This document shows positions 1-9,179 of a DNA stretch of 50,805 nucleotides, piece by piece. The position numbers were made by a program, and so were the translations under genes. The notes below the pieces were generated by a model. It saw nothing but the letters and a program-made list of their open reading frames with translations, was not told the origin of the DNA and searched no databases. The stretch's first letter is position 1; the number at the start of each line of letters is the position of its first letter. The stretch is from IMG/VR virus record IMGVR_UViG_3300007775_000003, positions 1-50,805 of that record; one strand, 5' to 3'. Source of the DNA: a virus (lineage: Duplodnaviria; Caudoviricetes).

Positions 1-123
1 CAGGCTGACAGCTTCCTGGTCGTCAACGCCGACCTGACCATTACGGTACTGCGCCCCGACGATGTGGATCCGATTGTAGCCGAGGATGATTTTGGCAACG
101 TCATCGGCTGGCGCGTCACACAG
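1..123. repeat. Terminal direct repeat (circular assembly overlap), copy 1
   Basis: 1-123 is identical to 50683-50805 and lies within the portal reading frame. Confidence 0.97.
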
Positions 124-1287
124 GTGCTGTCACACCCGACCGACCTGGCGCGCAAAATGACGGTGACTGATGAATACACCGCCGAGCGCCGCGTGCATCG
201 GGTGGAAATTGACGGACGGCAGACCGAAGAAACGGTATTCACCAACCTGCTGGGCCGGCTGCCGATTATCCATGTGGCCAACCAGGCCGACGAGGGCCAG
301 ACATTCGGCCACGCCGAGGCGGAGGCGCTGATCGAAGTGCTGCACAGGTACGGTGAGGTGTTTGAGGCGGCCATCGAGGGCAATAAGTTGCAGGGCCGGC
401 CCACACCGGTACTAAGCTTCGAGACCGTGGCTGACCTGGATAAATTCTGGGCGCTCTACGCCCGCACGCAGCACAACACACTGCCCGATGGCAGCACGGA
501 GACGTACCAGGCGCTATCTGTTGACCTGTCGCAACTGCTCACGGTCAGCGGGGCCGAGTTCCAGTATGCCAGCCCCGGCAACTTCGCCGGCGACACCGAG
601 GTACTTCTCGGCCTGATGTTCTACCTGATTTTGGAGCACACCGAGTTACCCGAATTTGTGTTCGGCAATGCCATCGCCAGCAGCAAGGCCAGCGCCGACG
701 CGCAAATGCCGGTTTTTGAGAAATTCATCGAAGGGCGGCGAGGCGAGGTGGCCGGCTGGCTGACCCAGATTGCCGAGATTGCGCTGGGCTATTTGTCGCT
801 GACCGAGCCAGGCGTGACCGCTGAAACGCCGGCGCTGCAATGGCAGAAGTTGACGCAGGATGGGCGGCTCACGCTCGATACGCTCACCTGGGCACTGCAA
901 GCCGGCTTGCTTGATATGCGCACGGCATTGCTGCTCGCGCCGGTCGATGTGGAGGATGTGGACGCCGTGCTGGAACAGGCACAACAGGAGAGCGCAGAGC
1001 GCCAGGCGCAGGCGGTGGAACAGGCCACGGCCATGGCGAAGGTGCAGCCGACGAAGCCGCCACCGGGCAATCAGCAACCGGCGACGCGTGAGATTATGGA
1101 GATGACGCCGGCTCCCACTGTCTACACCAACGGCCACCACGCCGACGCCGAGACGGCCGCCATCGTGGCTGCCGCGGAGCGCATCGTGGCCAACGGCGAC
1201 GCACGCCAGACCAGCGGCAGCGCAATCGAAGTGCTGGCCGGCGGACGTATCATTGACGCAGTGAGGGAGCTGCGCAAATCATTATGA
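1..1287 (+). CDS. Portal protein, C-terminal part (about 551 aa in total)
   Basis: Follows TerL on the circle; NLLGRLPIIHVAN and HTELPEFVFG segments resemble SPP1-like portals. Confidence 0.85.
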   Translation, partial: QADSFLVVNADLTITVLRPDDVDPIVAEDDFGNVIGWRVTQVLSHPTDLARKMTVTDEYTAERRVHRVEIDGRQTEETVFTNLLGRLPIIHVANQADEGQTFGHAEAEALIEVLHRYGEVFEAAIEGNKLQGRPTPVLSFETVADLDKFWALYARTQHNTLPDGSTETYQALSVDLSQLLTVSGAEFQYASPGNFAGDTEVLLGLMFYLILEHTELPEFVFGNAIASSKASADAQMPVFEKFIEGRRGEVAGWLTQIAEIALGYLSLTEPGVTAETPALQWQKLTQDGRLTLDTLTWALQAGLLDMRTALLLAPVDVEDVDAVLEQAQQESAERQAQAVEQATAMAKVQPTKPPPGNQQPATREIMEMTPAPTVYTNGHHADAETAAIVAAAERIVANGDARQTSGSAIEVLAGGRIIDAVRELRKSL

Positions 1288-3041
1288 CGACTGCCCACCT
1301 AGAGCCAACCCTACAGGATTTACCCGACGGCCCGGGTCCGCTGACCGAGGCCAACGACGGCCAGATCATGCAATGGCGCGCCGCTGATGGGCGTTTTGTG
1401 ATGATTGCGTTACCGCGCCCGTCAACGGTGATGATGAGCGCCGGCGGCAGCGGCAATGCTCCTGCGCCGACTGGCGCGCATGATCACGATGGTACATATG
1501 TTCTACTGGCAGACTACACCGGCAGCAATATCCTAGCCAAGCTGCTGGATGTTGACGGCGACGGTAGTGGATTGGACGCCGACACCCTCGACGGCCATGA
1601 TACGGACTATTTCGCCACAGCCGGCCACACGCACGCAGCGGGTGACGCTGATACGCTGGACGGTCTTGATTCGACGGATTTCGCCCTGGCCGGCCATAAC
1701 CATGATGCAGCCTACGCACCGCTTGTCCACGTTCACGCCGGCGAGGACATCACCAGCGGCACGGTGGCCGAGGCGCGTATCGATGCGGCCATTACTCGTG
1801 ATACAGAGGTGTTCGGCATTGTGTTGGCCGCGGATGGCACAGGCAGCGGGTTGGACGCCGATCTGCTCGACGGCGTCGAAGGCGCAGGCTACGCGCTGGC
1901 CGGCCACGATCACAGCGCCACGTACCAGCCGCTTGACGCCGAACTGGCCGCCATCGCGGGGTTGACCAGTGCCGCCGACCGCGTCCCGTATTTCACGGGG
2001 AGTGGCACCGCGGCTCTGGCAACGCTGACCACATTTGGCCGGTCGTTGATTGACGATGCTGCGGCGAGCGATGCGCGCACCACGCTTGGCTTGGTCATCG
2101 GCACGAACGTGCAGGCGCAGGATGCCGAACTTGCGGCTTTAGCGGGCCTAACCAGTGCGGCGGATCGTCTGCCCTATTTCACCGGCAGCGGCACGGCTTC
2201 GCTTGCCACATTTACGACCGCAGGGCGTAACCTGGTTGACGACGCCGATACGACAGCCCAACGCACCACGTTGGGCCTGGGCACGATTGCGACCGAGGCG
2301 GAGACAAATTATCTACTAGCCAGCGGGGCGCGGGCATTGAGTGGCGATTGGGACATAGGCAGTGGGCGCAAAATCAGCGGCGGCATTTACGCGGCGCGCA
2401 GCGCGTCGGGCTTGCGCCTGGAAGATGACGGCGGGAATTTAGGCATGTTCATTCAGGACGGCGGGCGCAATATCGGCATGGGCACAGCCAGCCCTAGCGG
2501 CGTCACCGGCGGGCAGCTCCTGCACGTCTATGGCGATGGCGTCGCGGGGGAGTTTATCGTGCAGCGCAGCGATGGCGCAACGATTAAGTTTTTGGCTGGT
2601 GCGTCAAGCGGGCGCGTGGGGATAGCGAGTAATCATCCGCTGCAAATAGACACCAATAACACGGAGCGCGTACGGATTGACGAAAATGGACTGGTGGGCA
2701 TCAACGTTACCAGCCCGCAAGGTATTCTCCACGGCCACGACGGGACAGGCGGCTCCCTGTTTGTGACCAAGACGGCAATCGCAGGGACGGCGGTAACGAT
2801 AATACCGAATGGGACGGGAGATGTGGTTCGAGGTGTTCGGTTGACAGGTGTATCGTATGCGTCCGATGGAACATTTAATAGTTTTAGTGGCGGAGCCGCC
2901 AACGGGGCGGCGTTTGTGGTCACGGTCCACGGCGGGACAGATGGTTTTACATTTACCGTTGCAGCCAATGGCGAGTTATCCGTTGCACGAACCACTGGCA
3001 GTTTGACGTACGCGATTACACTACATGCCGTTTGGCTCTAG
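1284..3041 (+). CDS. Fibre protein (tail-fibre-type repeats)
   Basis: GSGLDADxLDG and HxH repeats; two copies of DAELAAxAGLTSAADRxPYFTGSGTA; GxxGIGTxSP-type repeats; distinct C-terminal domain. Confidence 0.8.
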   Translation: MTTAHLEPTLQDLPDGPGPLTEANDGQIMQWRAADGRFVMIALPRPSTVMMSAGGSGNAPAPTGAHDHDGTYVLLADYTGSNILAKLLDVDGDGSGLDADTLDGHDTDYFATAGHTHAAGDADTLDGLDSTDFALAGHNHDAAYAPLVHVHAGEDITSGTVAEARIDAAITRDTEVFGIVLAADGTGSGLDADLLDGVEGAGYALAGHDHSATYQPLDAELAAIAGLTSAADRVPYFTGSGTAALATLTTFGRSLIDDAAASDARTTLGLVIGTNVQAQDAELAALAGLTSAADRLPYFTGSGTASLATFTTAGRNLVDDADTTAQRTTLGLGTIATEAETNYLLASGARALSGDWDIGSGRKISGGIYAARSASGLRLEDDGGNLGMFIQDGGRNIGMGTASPSGVTGGQLLHVYGDGVAGEFIVQRSDGATIKFLAGASSGRVGIASNHPLQIDTNNTERVRIDENGLVGINVTSPQGILHGHDGTGGSLFVTKTAIAGTAVTIIPNGTGDVVRGVRLTGVSYASDGTFNSFSGGAANGAAFVVTVHGGTDGFTFTVAANGELSVARTTGSLTYAITLHAVWL

Positions 3042-3049
3042 GAGAATCA

Positions 3050-3241
3050 ATGGCTGACGAACTAACCCGCGAAGAACTACAGGCCAAGCTCGCCGTAGCC
3101 GAGCAGGCCGAACTACAAGAGTGCCTGAAGGCACTCCAATCACTGGCCGCCGAGCGCGGCTTCGTGGTCATCGCCATCCCGCAAATTGCGGCGGATGGCC
3201 GGCTGACGGCGCAGTGGGGCGTGCGACGTGCGCAAGGGTAA
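3050..3241 (+). CDS. Small protein, possible fibre chaperone
   Basis: GGAGA RBS; helical N-terminus; follows the fibre gene. Confidence 0.5.
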   Translation: MADELTREELQAKLAVAEQAELQECLKALQSLAAERGFVVIAIPQIAADGRLTAQWGVRRAQG

Positions 3242-3503
3242 AGTGGCTGCCGCCGCGCAGTTGGGCCGGCGTCATACCGGCGAGCCGGTGGGCTATCGTG
3301 TGTTGTGCCTCGACCGCCGGCCATTTGACGGCGACGATAGCGCGCACTTTGACACGGCCAACGTGGCGGAGACGGCTGTACCAGGCTACTACATCGTGTT
3401 GGGCGGCGTAGATGTACCGCTAGCCGGCGGCTACATCGTTTGGGGAGTCGAAGATCGTGTTCTAGCCGAGGCGACTATCGCTCCGGTCATTATAGGAGAC
3501 TAA
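3228..3503 (+). CDS. Hypothetical protein, paralog of the N-terminus of 4233-4802
   Basis: Shared LGR..GYR.L.LDR..F..ET..PG.Y...GGV..GGYIVWG. Confidence 0.7.
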   Translation: MRKGKVAAAAQLGRRHTGEPVGYRVLCLDRRPFDGDDSAHFDTANVAETAVPGYYIVLGGVDVPLAGGYIVWGVEDRVLAEATIAPVIIGD

Positions 3504-3504
3504 C

Positions 3505-3948
3505 ATGGGCACTGCGGTACGAAGTATGTCATTGCCGGCACTGGACGCTAGCGCCGTGGCCGGCCTGGTCACAGACGCCATTGATTTGCTCACGGCAACC
3601 GAGCGGCCACGCGAACACGACCAGTGGATCGCACACTTGGAATTGCACCCCAATGCGGGCACGCCGGTCTGTTACGCGGGCGTGCTGTGGGACTGGCCGC
3701 CGCCGGATGTCGATCCCGATGCGACGCCGGTGCGCGGCGGTGGCGTCACGCTGCCGGATTTTGATGCGACGGCGTTTGAGACGCTCGTCATGACCGCCAT
3801 CGATGCCCTACACGATACCCGTAAGCCGGGAACGGGCACAGTTTGGGTCGCCATCGTCGATCTCACCATCGACGCATTTACGAATGATGTTACGGCAAAG
3901 GCTGTCCTGCTCTGGGACTGGCCGTTAGCGGACGCGATTACGCTTTAG
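3505..3948 (+). CDS. Hypothetical protein with two internal repeats of about 65 aa
   Basis: LP..DA.A...LV..AID.L..T..P..W.A..L....LWDWP occurs twice; GGAG RBS. Confidence 0.7.
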   Translation: MGTAVRSMSLPALDASAVAGLVTDAIDLLTATERPREHDQWIAHLELHPNAGTPVCYAGVLWDWPPPDVDPDATPVRGGGVTLPDFDATAFETLVMTAIDALHDTRKPGTGTVWVAIVDLTIDAFTNDVTAKAVLLWDWPLADAITL

Positions 3949-3956
3949 GAGGCGAT

Positions 3957-4217
3957 ATGTTTCTGAATCCGATGGATCGTCATGACCGCTACTCGCACGA
4001 TGACGAGTACACCGAGTACGTAGCAGTGGACATTGGCAGCCTGCTCAATTTCGAGCAACTCACCGCACTCATCCAACAAGCCGCCGCCAAGCTGCCAGCC
4101 AGCCAGCAACTGAAAGCCGGTGAGAATTGGGGATACTACATCCAAGTGCATACCAAAGATCGCACGGCTGTGGCGAACATTGTGCGGCCGTATCCATATA
4201 AGACATGGGCATGGTGA
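3957..4217 (+). CDS. Hypothetical protein
   Basis: AGGAGG RBS; in operon. Confidence 0.7.
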   Translation: MFLNPMDRHDRYSHDDEYTEYVAVDIGSLLNFEQLTALIQQAAAKLPASQQLKAGENWGYYIQVHTKDRTAVANIVRPYPYKTWAW

Positions 4218-4232
4218 TAACTTACTAAACTT

Positions 4233-4802
4233 ATGACCCAACGTATACCCGCCGACGCCCGGCTCGGCCGCAGCAACGCCGGCAAGAAGATCGGCTATCG
4301 CATCCTGAATCTTGACCGCTCCTTGTTCGCAGGTTGGGCGGCGGCGCAAGAGACGACCATCCCCGGCCACTACATGGCCGTGGGCGGGGTGGCGGCGCGG
4401 GATGCCGGCGGGTACATCGTTTGGGGCACCGAGAACGAGGATTTTGCGCAAGCGAGTATCGAGCCGGCGCAGCCCGACCTGACGCCGGCCATGTTGGCGA
4501 GGATAGCGGCCTTACTGGATGGTCTCAGCGAACGCATCCTACACGCCGTTTCACTCATCCCCGGCAGTGTGATTGTTGAGACGGACACCGCGCAACTGGA
4601 CGCCGCGATTATGCGCCTAACCGAGATGGCCGAAGCCGCCACGGCCATGCGCCAGGCCGTGGTGATTGCCGAACACATGAGCGGCAACCTGAACCAGTAC
4701 GCGGACACAATGGCGCGAGTCCAGGAGATGGACGCAGCGCAGCGCCGGCGGCTGGTGGTGATTGACGATTTTTTAGAGCAGGTCAAGGAGATAGTGCGCT
4801 GA
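4233..4802 (+). CDS. Hypothetical protein (beta domain plus helical C-terminus)
   Basis: Paralogous to 3228-3503; coupled to the next gene (TGATG). Confidence 0.7.
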   Translation: MTQRIPADARLGRSNAGKKIGYRILNLDRSLFAGWAAAQETTIPGHYMAVGGVAARDAGGYIVWGTENEDFAQASIEPAQPDLTPAMLARIAALLDGLSERILHAVSLIPGSVIVETDTAQLDAAIMRLTEMAEAATAMRQAVVIAEHMSGNLNQYADTMARVQEMDAAQRRRLVVIDDFLEQVKEIVR

Positions 4803-5077
4803 TGGCAAAGTTCAAAAAAAAGCCGGTTGTGATTGAGGCGTTTTTGTGGACGGGTGGGCCAGACCAGACCGAAGACCCCGAATGGATTGTTGATGCCATT
4901 AAAAACGGCGTTGTTTATTTTCAGGATGGCGAAAATCCGTACCTAACCATTGAAACGCTTGAGGGCAAAATGCGTGCGAATTCCGGGGAGTGGATCATTA
5001 GAGGGGTGAAGGGTGAAATTTATCCTTGCAAGTCAGACATTTTCGCGGCTACCTACGAGCAGGTAGAGGATAATTGA
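4802..5077 (+). CDS. Conserved small phage protein (KKPVVIEA / TLEG / YPCKxDIF family)
   Basis: Motifs KFKKKPVVIEA, IETLEGKM, WIIRGVKGEIYPCK; AT-richer than neighbours. Confidence 0.75.
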   Translation: MAKFKKKPVVIEAFLWTGGPDQTEDPEWIVDAIKNGVVYFQDGENPYLTIETLEGKMRANSGEWIIRGVKGEIYPCKSDIFAATYEQVEDN

Positions 5078-5361
5078 TGCCAACTGAACGCTACCAACAT
5101 CAGGCATGGGTTGAATCCCAACTGCGCACGCTCGTGGACATCGGGCTTGATTTGGCCGAAGCGGAACGCTCTGTACGCTGGGTGCTGGATCACCTGCCCG
5201 CCGGCGCTGACCCGGCTACGTGGATACCGTCGCCCGGCGAACTGTGGACTGCGCCGGATAGTGACGAGGCGATAGCGGATGCGCGGCAGGCATGGATAGC
5301 CAGCCCGGCGGTGCAGGCGAGATTCAAGCGGCTTTTGGACGCAAGGGCGGAAAATGCCTGA
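5077..5361 (+). CDS. Hypothetical protein
   Basis: GAGGA RBS; overlaps both neighbours. Confidence 0.6.
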   Translation: MPTERYQHQAWVESQLRTLVDIGLDLAEAERSVRWVLDHLPAGADPATWIPSPGELWTAPDSDEAIADARQAWIASPAVQARFKRLLDARAENA

Positions 5362-6016
5362 CCTGTTACCCGGCTACACATTCTCGCCAAACGTCGCTCG
5401 CTACCGCAGCGCCGCTTCTGGCCGCTTCGTTGCCAGGCGCGACATCGTCAGCCAACTGGATGCGCAAGTGCGGCACGGCGAGCAGAGTCTGGCGAATCTG
5501 ACCGAAGCGCTACACGAGGGCCGGATCAGCCCTAGCGTATGGACGGAGCAGATGCGCACCGAGTTGCGGCAATTGCATAGCCAAAACAGGGCGCTAGGTG
5601 CCGGCGGATGGGACAGGATGACGCAGCGGGACTGGGGCGCTGTAGGCGGCAAGTTGCAAAGTGACTACCGCTATTTGACACATTTCGCTTTAGAAATCCA
5701 AGAGGGCAAAGTCACGCTTCCGCAGGCGCTGAACCGGGCAAACCTGTACGCCGGCAATGCCCGCACACAATTTTGGGCCGCAGAGCGCGAGCGCCGGCCA
5801 CGGCAAGCCGGTATGGTGAGTATCGAACGGCGGGTGTTGGGGGCAGCGGAGCATTGTAACGATTGTGTGGGTTATTATGATCAGGGCTGGACGATGGCCG
5901 GTCAATTGCCGGTGCCTGGCGAAGCGTCCGTATGCCGGACAAACTGCAAATGTATTTTGGCGAATCGGGATGTGCCAGCCGAGGAACTCGGGGAATGGCT
6001 AGGAAGCAAGCGTTAG
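5354..6016 (+). CDS. Minor head/morphogenesis protein (MuF/gp7-like)
   Basis: Between portal and protease; C-terminal HCxxC...CRTNCKC motif. Confidence 0.7.
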   Translation: MPDLLPGYTFSPNVARYRSAASGRFVARRDIVSQLDAQVRHGEQSLANLTEALHEGRISPSVWTEQMRTELRQLHSQNRALGAGGWDRMTQRDWGAVGGKLQSDYRYLTHFALEIQEGKVTLPQALNRANLYAGNARTQFWAAERERRPRQAGMVSIERRVLGAAEHCNDCVGYYDQGWTMAGQLPVPGEASVCRTNCKCILANRDVPAEELGEWLGSKR

Positions 6017-6025
6017 GAGATCATC

Positions 6026-6190
6026 ATGGTATCGAAGAGCATTACCGCCATTCTGGAACGCCTGGAGAAATTGCAGGCCGCATTGCAACCATTACTGGAC
6101 GCCGCGGCGCGCATGGAGCGTATCGAGGCAAAGCTTGACAAGTTGCTGACCGCGCAAGGGGCGAAGTCGGCAGCTGACAAGAAGGGGTAG
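6026..6190 (+). CDS. Small coiled-coil protein (54 aa, not in ORF track)
   Basis: AGGAGA RBS; MVSKSITAILERLEKLQAALQPLLDAAARMERIEAKLDKLL... Confidence 0.65.
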   Translation: MVSKSITAILERLEKLQAALQPLLDAAARMERIEAKLDKLLTAQGAKSAADKKG

Positions 6191-6192
6191 AC

Positions 6193-7284
6193 ATGGAACG
6201 AGTACAAGAGTTCAAGGGTGCATTCACCGACATCATGGCTATCACGGAACTGCGCGGCAGCTACCCCAACGTGCCGATAGCGCCGGATGTGGACTACGCA
6301 GCCCTGATTGCCGGGGACGATGAACCACAGTTTATTACGTTGCCAATTGCGAAGGTTAACTCAAAGTCGCTGAATAATCGCTATTATGACGAGGCCTTTG
6401 TAATGGAGTTAATGCGCCAAACGGTGGCCAACAAGCCAGCGGGCTTATTTGGCCACCTGAGCGAAACGGAACGTGCGACGGCCTTTAAGCCGGAAGCCGT
6501 TCACTGGGTGGGTGCCCTGAGAGAGGGTGATACCATCTGGGGGAAGGGCTATGTTTCAAAGGACGCTAGAGAGCGTATATTGAAATACAGAGCTTTGAGC
6601 AAGTCCATCGCCACGTCTATCGATGCGCAAGCCGAAGGCACCTGGGACGAGTCCCTAAAAGCGTATCGCATGAAAGCGGACACGTTGAGGCTGGGACAAA
6701 TCGACTTTGCCCCAGCCGACCGGGCCGGCATTCCTGACCTGGCCAGCGTGCCGCACTTAACAACCGAAATGACAGAAGATTCCTCGCAAGAGGAGGAGGT
6801 AATTTTGGATAAGTTACAAATTATCCGCGAGATGACCGTCGAGGATGCGCAATTGCTGCCGGCCACCGTGCGCAACGCCATCCTTGCCGAAGTCAAGCCC
6901 GCGCCGGAGGTGGCACAGGTCGCCGCCATCCGTGAGGCGCTGGGCGTTGACGACAAGGCCGATCCGGTGCAGGCCATTGCAGAGATGCGCCGCACGCAGA
7001 CGGAACAGGCGAAAGTCGCCGTCGCTACGAAGATCACCGAACTGGTGAGCGCCGGCGTCAAGCTCGAAACCATGCGCCCGCTCGTCACCGAGCTGGTCGC
7101 AGCCCGCAATCCCGCCACCGTGGCCGACGCCGAGACGGCCGTCAAGGCCGTGCTGGAAAGCGAGGCGATCAAGGGTCTGCTCGCCACCCACGTGCGCGAG
7201 ACGATGGGGCCGGCACAACGCACGACTGTGCAAGCGCAGAGTAACGGAAACAAGTATTTTGTTATCCCGAAAGTGGAGGCATAA
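6193..7284 (+). CDS. Prohead protease/scaffold fusion
   Basis: SLNNRYY and GH motifs, N-terminal protease-like half, Ala/Glu-rich helical C-terminal half; upstream of capsid genes. Confidence 0.7.
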   Translation: MERVQEFKGAFTDIMAITELRGSYPNVPIAPDVDYAALIAGDDEPQFITLPIAKVNSKSLNNRYYDEAFVMELMRQTVANKPAGLFGHLSETERATAFKPEAVHWVGALREGDTIWGKGYVSKDARERILKYRALSKSIATSIDAQAEGTWDESLKAYRMKADTLRLGQIDFAPADRAGIPDLASVPHLTTEMTEDSSQEEEVILDKLQIIREMTVEDAQLLPATVRNAILAEVKPAPEVAQVAAIREALGVDDKADPVQAIAEMRRTQTEQAKVAVATKITELVSAGVKLETMRPLVTELVAARNPATVADAETAVKAVLESEAIKGLLATHVRETMGPAQRTTVQAQSNGNKYFVIPKVEA

Positions 7285-7286
7285 CC

Positions 7287-7748
7287 ATGAGCAAACGACT
7301 TTTCTGGCCACTGCTGGCCATTGTTCTGACAATTGCGTTGCTGGCACCGATGTTGGCTGCGCCAATGCCGAGCGTGCAGGGTGCGCCGGTCGCAGTCGTG
7401 ACGCCAATCACGCAGTACCCGCGTCAGCCCGCGCCGAAGGTGCTGAATTTCTGGGCCAGCCCCACCGGACTGACTGAGGACACTCGTGTCTGCATTAACA
7501 TTGACGGTTACAACACCGTTGATCTGCATTACATTATCGACCAGGGGACGGTCAACACGACCACGCTCAAGCTCCAAATCAGCAACATCGATGGGGCATA
7601 CGTGGATCAGGTGACTGTACTGAGCGCAAACGCGGCGGATACTGCCGACCTGAAGCAGTACCAGTTGTTCGGACGCACCGCCTGTCTGTTTGCGGATGTC
7701 GTGAATAGCAACGCGTGGACTATCACAGCCGTTGGGCTGGCGAAATAG
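7287..7748 (+). CDS. Beta-rich protein with N-terminal signal peptide/TM
   Basis: MSKRLFWPLLAIVLTIALLAPMLAA; GGAGG RBS. Confidence 0.7.
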   Translation: MSKRLFWPLLAIVLTIALLAPMLAAPMPSVQGAPVAVVTPITQYPRQPAPKVLNFWASPTGLTEDTRVCINIDGYNTVDLHYIIDQGTVNTTTLKLQISNIDGAYVDQVTVLSANAADTADLKQYQLFGRTACLFADVVNSNAWTITAVGLAK

Positions 7749-7757
7749 GGGGATACT

Positions 7758-8150
7758 ATGGCTACAACTGTTGCGGGCAGCAATGCCTGGTTTGAGGGAG
7801 ATGGACGTGCCGTCAACGTGGATCTGCTCTACACCGTCGCCAAAGGCAGCGTCATCTATGCGGACACTTGGCTTGGTCTGGCGGGCGAGTCTGGCGACAG
7901 CGGCGACAGTATCGCGCTGATTGCCGATGACCGCGAATATCAGTTCAAAGTGCCGGCTGGCCTGAGTGTGAGCAAGGGCGCGATTGTGTACATCACGGTC
8001 GCCACCGTCACCGGCCATTACCCCGACGACGAGGCTTACACCACGTCCGCCGGGGCCGGCCATTTGGCGTTTTTCAAGGCTACGGCTGCGAAGGATGCCA
8101 ATAATATCGTCACGGGCGTTATGATTGCGCATAACGCGCTGTTGAGCTAG
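7758..8150 (+). CDS. Head decoration/cement protein (DUF2190-like)
   Basis: 130 aa, G/A/T-rich, directly before the capsid gene; KGAIVY motif. Confidence 0.65.
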   Translation: MATTVAGSNAWFEGDGRAVNVDLLYTVAKGSVIYADTWLGLAGESGDSGDSIALIADDREYQFKVPAGLSVSKGAIVYITVATVTGHYPDDEAYTTSAGAGHLAFFKATAAKDANNIVTGVMIAHNALLS

Positions 8151-8162
8151 GGAGGGATTATC

Positions 8163-9176
8163 ATGATCAAGATTTACAGTAAGGAGCACCTGGCCAAGCA
8201 GCGCGCGAAAATTGCGTTTCCGCGCGACTTCCGCCTACAAGACCAGGTGCGTGAGATTCGCGACCCGAACGGCGGACGAATCTATGAGTTCATCGGCACC
8301 GACACGTTCGGCGCTGAGTGGAACGAGCGCCGGCGCTTCGAGGTTGACGCCGGGCGTGATGAGGAACCAATCCTCTACACGCCGATCTACGACGAAATCC
8401 GCGACGCATCATTGCCGGAAAACATCAGCGTTTTTCGCATCGGCCCTGGCGGCGTGGTGCTGGAAGAAATCTTCGAGGGTGGCGAGGTCAAGTTTGCCAG
8501 CGTGACCAGTTCGGAAGTCACGGTGCGCATCCGCCATTACGGCGTCGGTATCGAGTATTCAAAGGATTTGGTTACGTACAATCAACTCTGGCGCGTGCCG
8601 ATTATCGAGCGCCAGGCCGGCATTGCCTACAATGCGCTGCTCAATCATGTCCACCTGTCGCCAATTCTCAATTTCGCCTACGGCGCGGGCAATCAAACCG
8701 GCCCGAATCCGAGCGGCGACACCTTGGTCGAAGACTTCATGCTGACGATTGAGGACGCCATCGTGGCGGCCAAAACCGATGCGACCAACCCACGGCGTGG
8801 CCCGTATGTCCTGCTCATTAGCAGCGCGGAGATGTTTATCGTCGAAAAGGCGTTGCAACGGGTTGCGCAGCAAGGGATCGCACGGCAATCCAGCGCAATC
8901 GACATGATCCGCGCTGTCATCGCCTATGATGGTTGGACGGGCACGCGGGGCAGCAAGACGACCACGTACACCGGTGTGACCGCCGGCATGGGCTATCTGA
9001 TCAGCCAGCAGTACCGCGGGATCGACTATCAGTCATACGTGAAGCAGGACTTCGGGCTTGACGGACAGGACAATGACGCCAGCCGGTTCATGTTCCAAAA
9101 TGTGTATGATACCTACTTCGGGCTGTTTGCTGACCCGGAACGAAGCGTCGAAGAGATCACTTTCCCGACCGCCTAG
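8163..9176 (+). CDS. Major capsid protein
   Basis: 337 aa, syntenic position; EGGEVKFA and YGVGIEYS motifs typical of HK97-fold capsids. Confidence 0.8.
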   Translation: MIKIYSKEHLAKQRAKIAFPRDFRLQDQVREIRDPNGGRIYEFIGTDTFGAEWNERRRFEVDAGRDEEPILYTPIYDEIRDASLPENISVFRIGPGGVVLEEIFEGGEVKFASVTSSEVTVRIRHYGVGIEYSKDLVTYNQLWRVPIIERQAGIAYNALLNHVHLSPILNFAYGAGNQTGPNPSGDTLVEDFMLTIEDAIVAAKTDATNPRRGPYVLLISSAEMFIVEKALQRVAQQGIARQSSAIDMIRAVIAYDGWTGTRGSKTTTYTGVTAGMGYLISQQYRGIDYQSYVKQDFGLDGQDNDASRFMFQNVYDTYFGLFADPERSVEEITFPTA

Positions 9177-9179
9177 CCT

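Noticed and set aside
1920-2290. Duplicated fibre segment as DGR template/variable repeats
   Set aside because: Differences look mostly synonymous rather than adenine-specific, and there is no reverse transcriptase.
6549-8189. 546-aa minus-strand ORF and other long antisense ORFs (e.g. 19995-20636)
   Set aside because: Shadow frames of well-supported plus-strand structural genes in GC-rich DNA.
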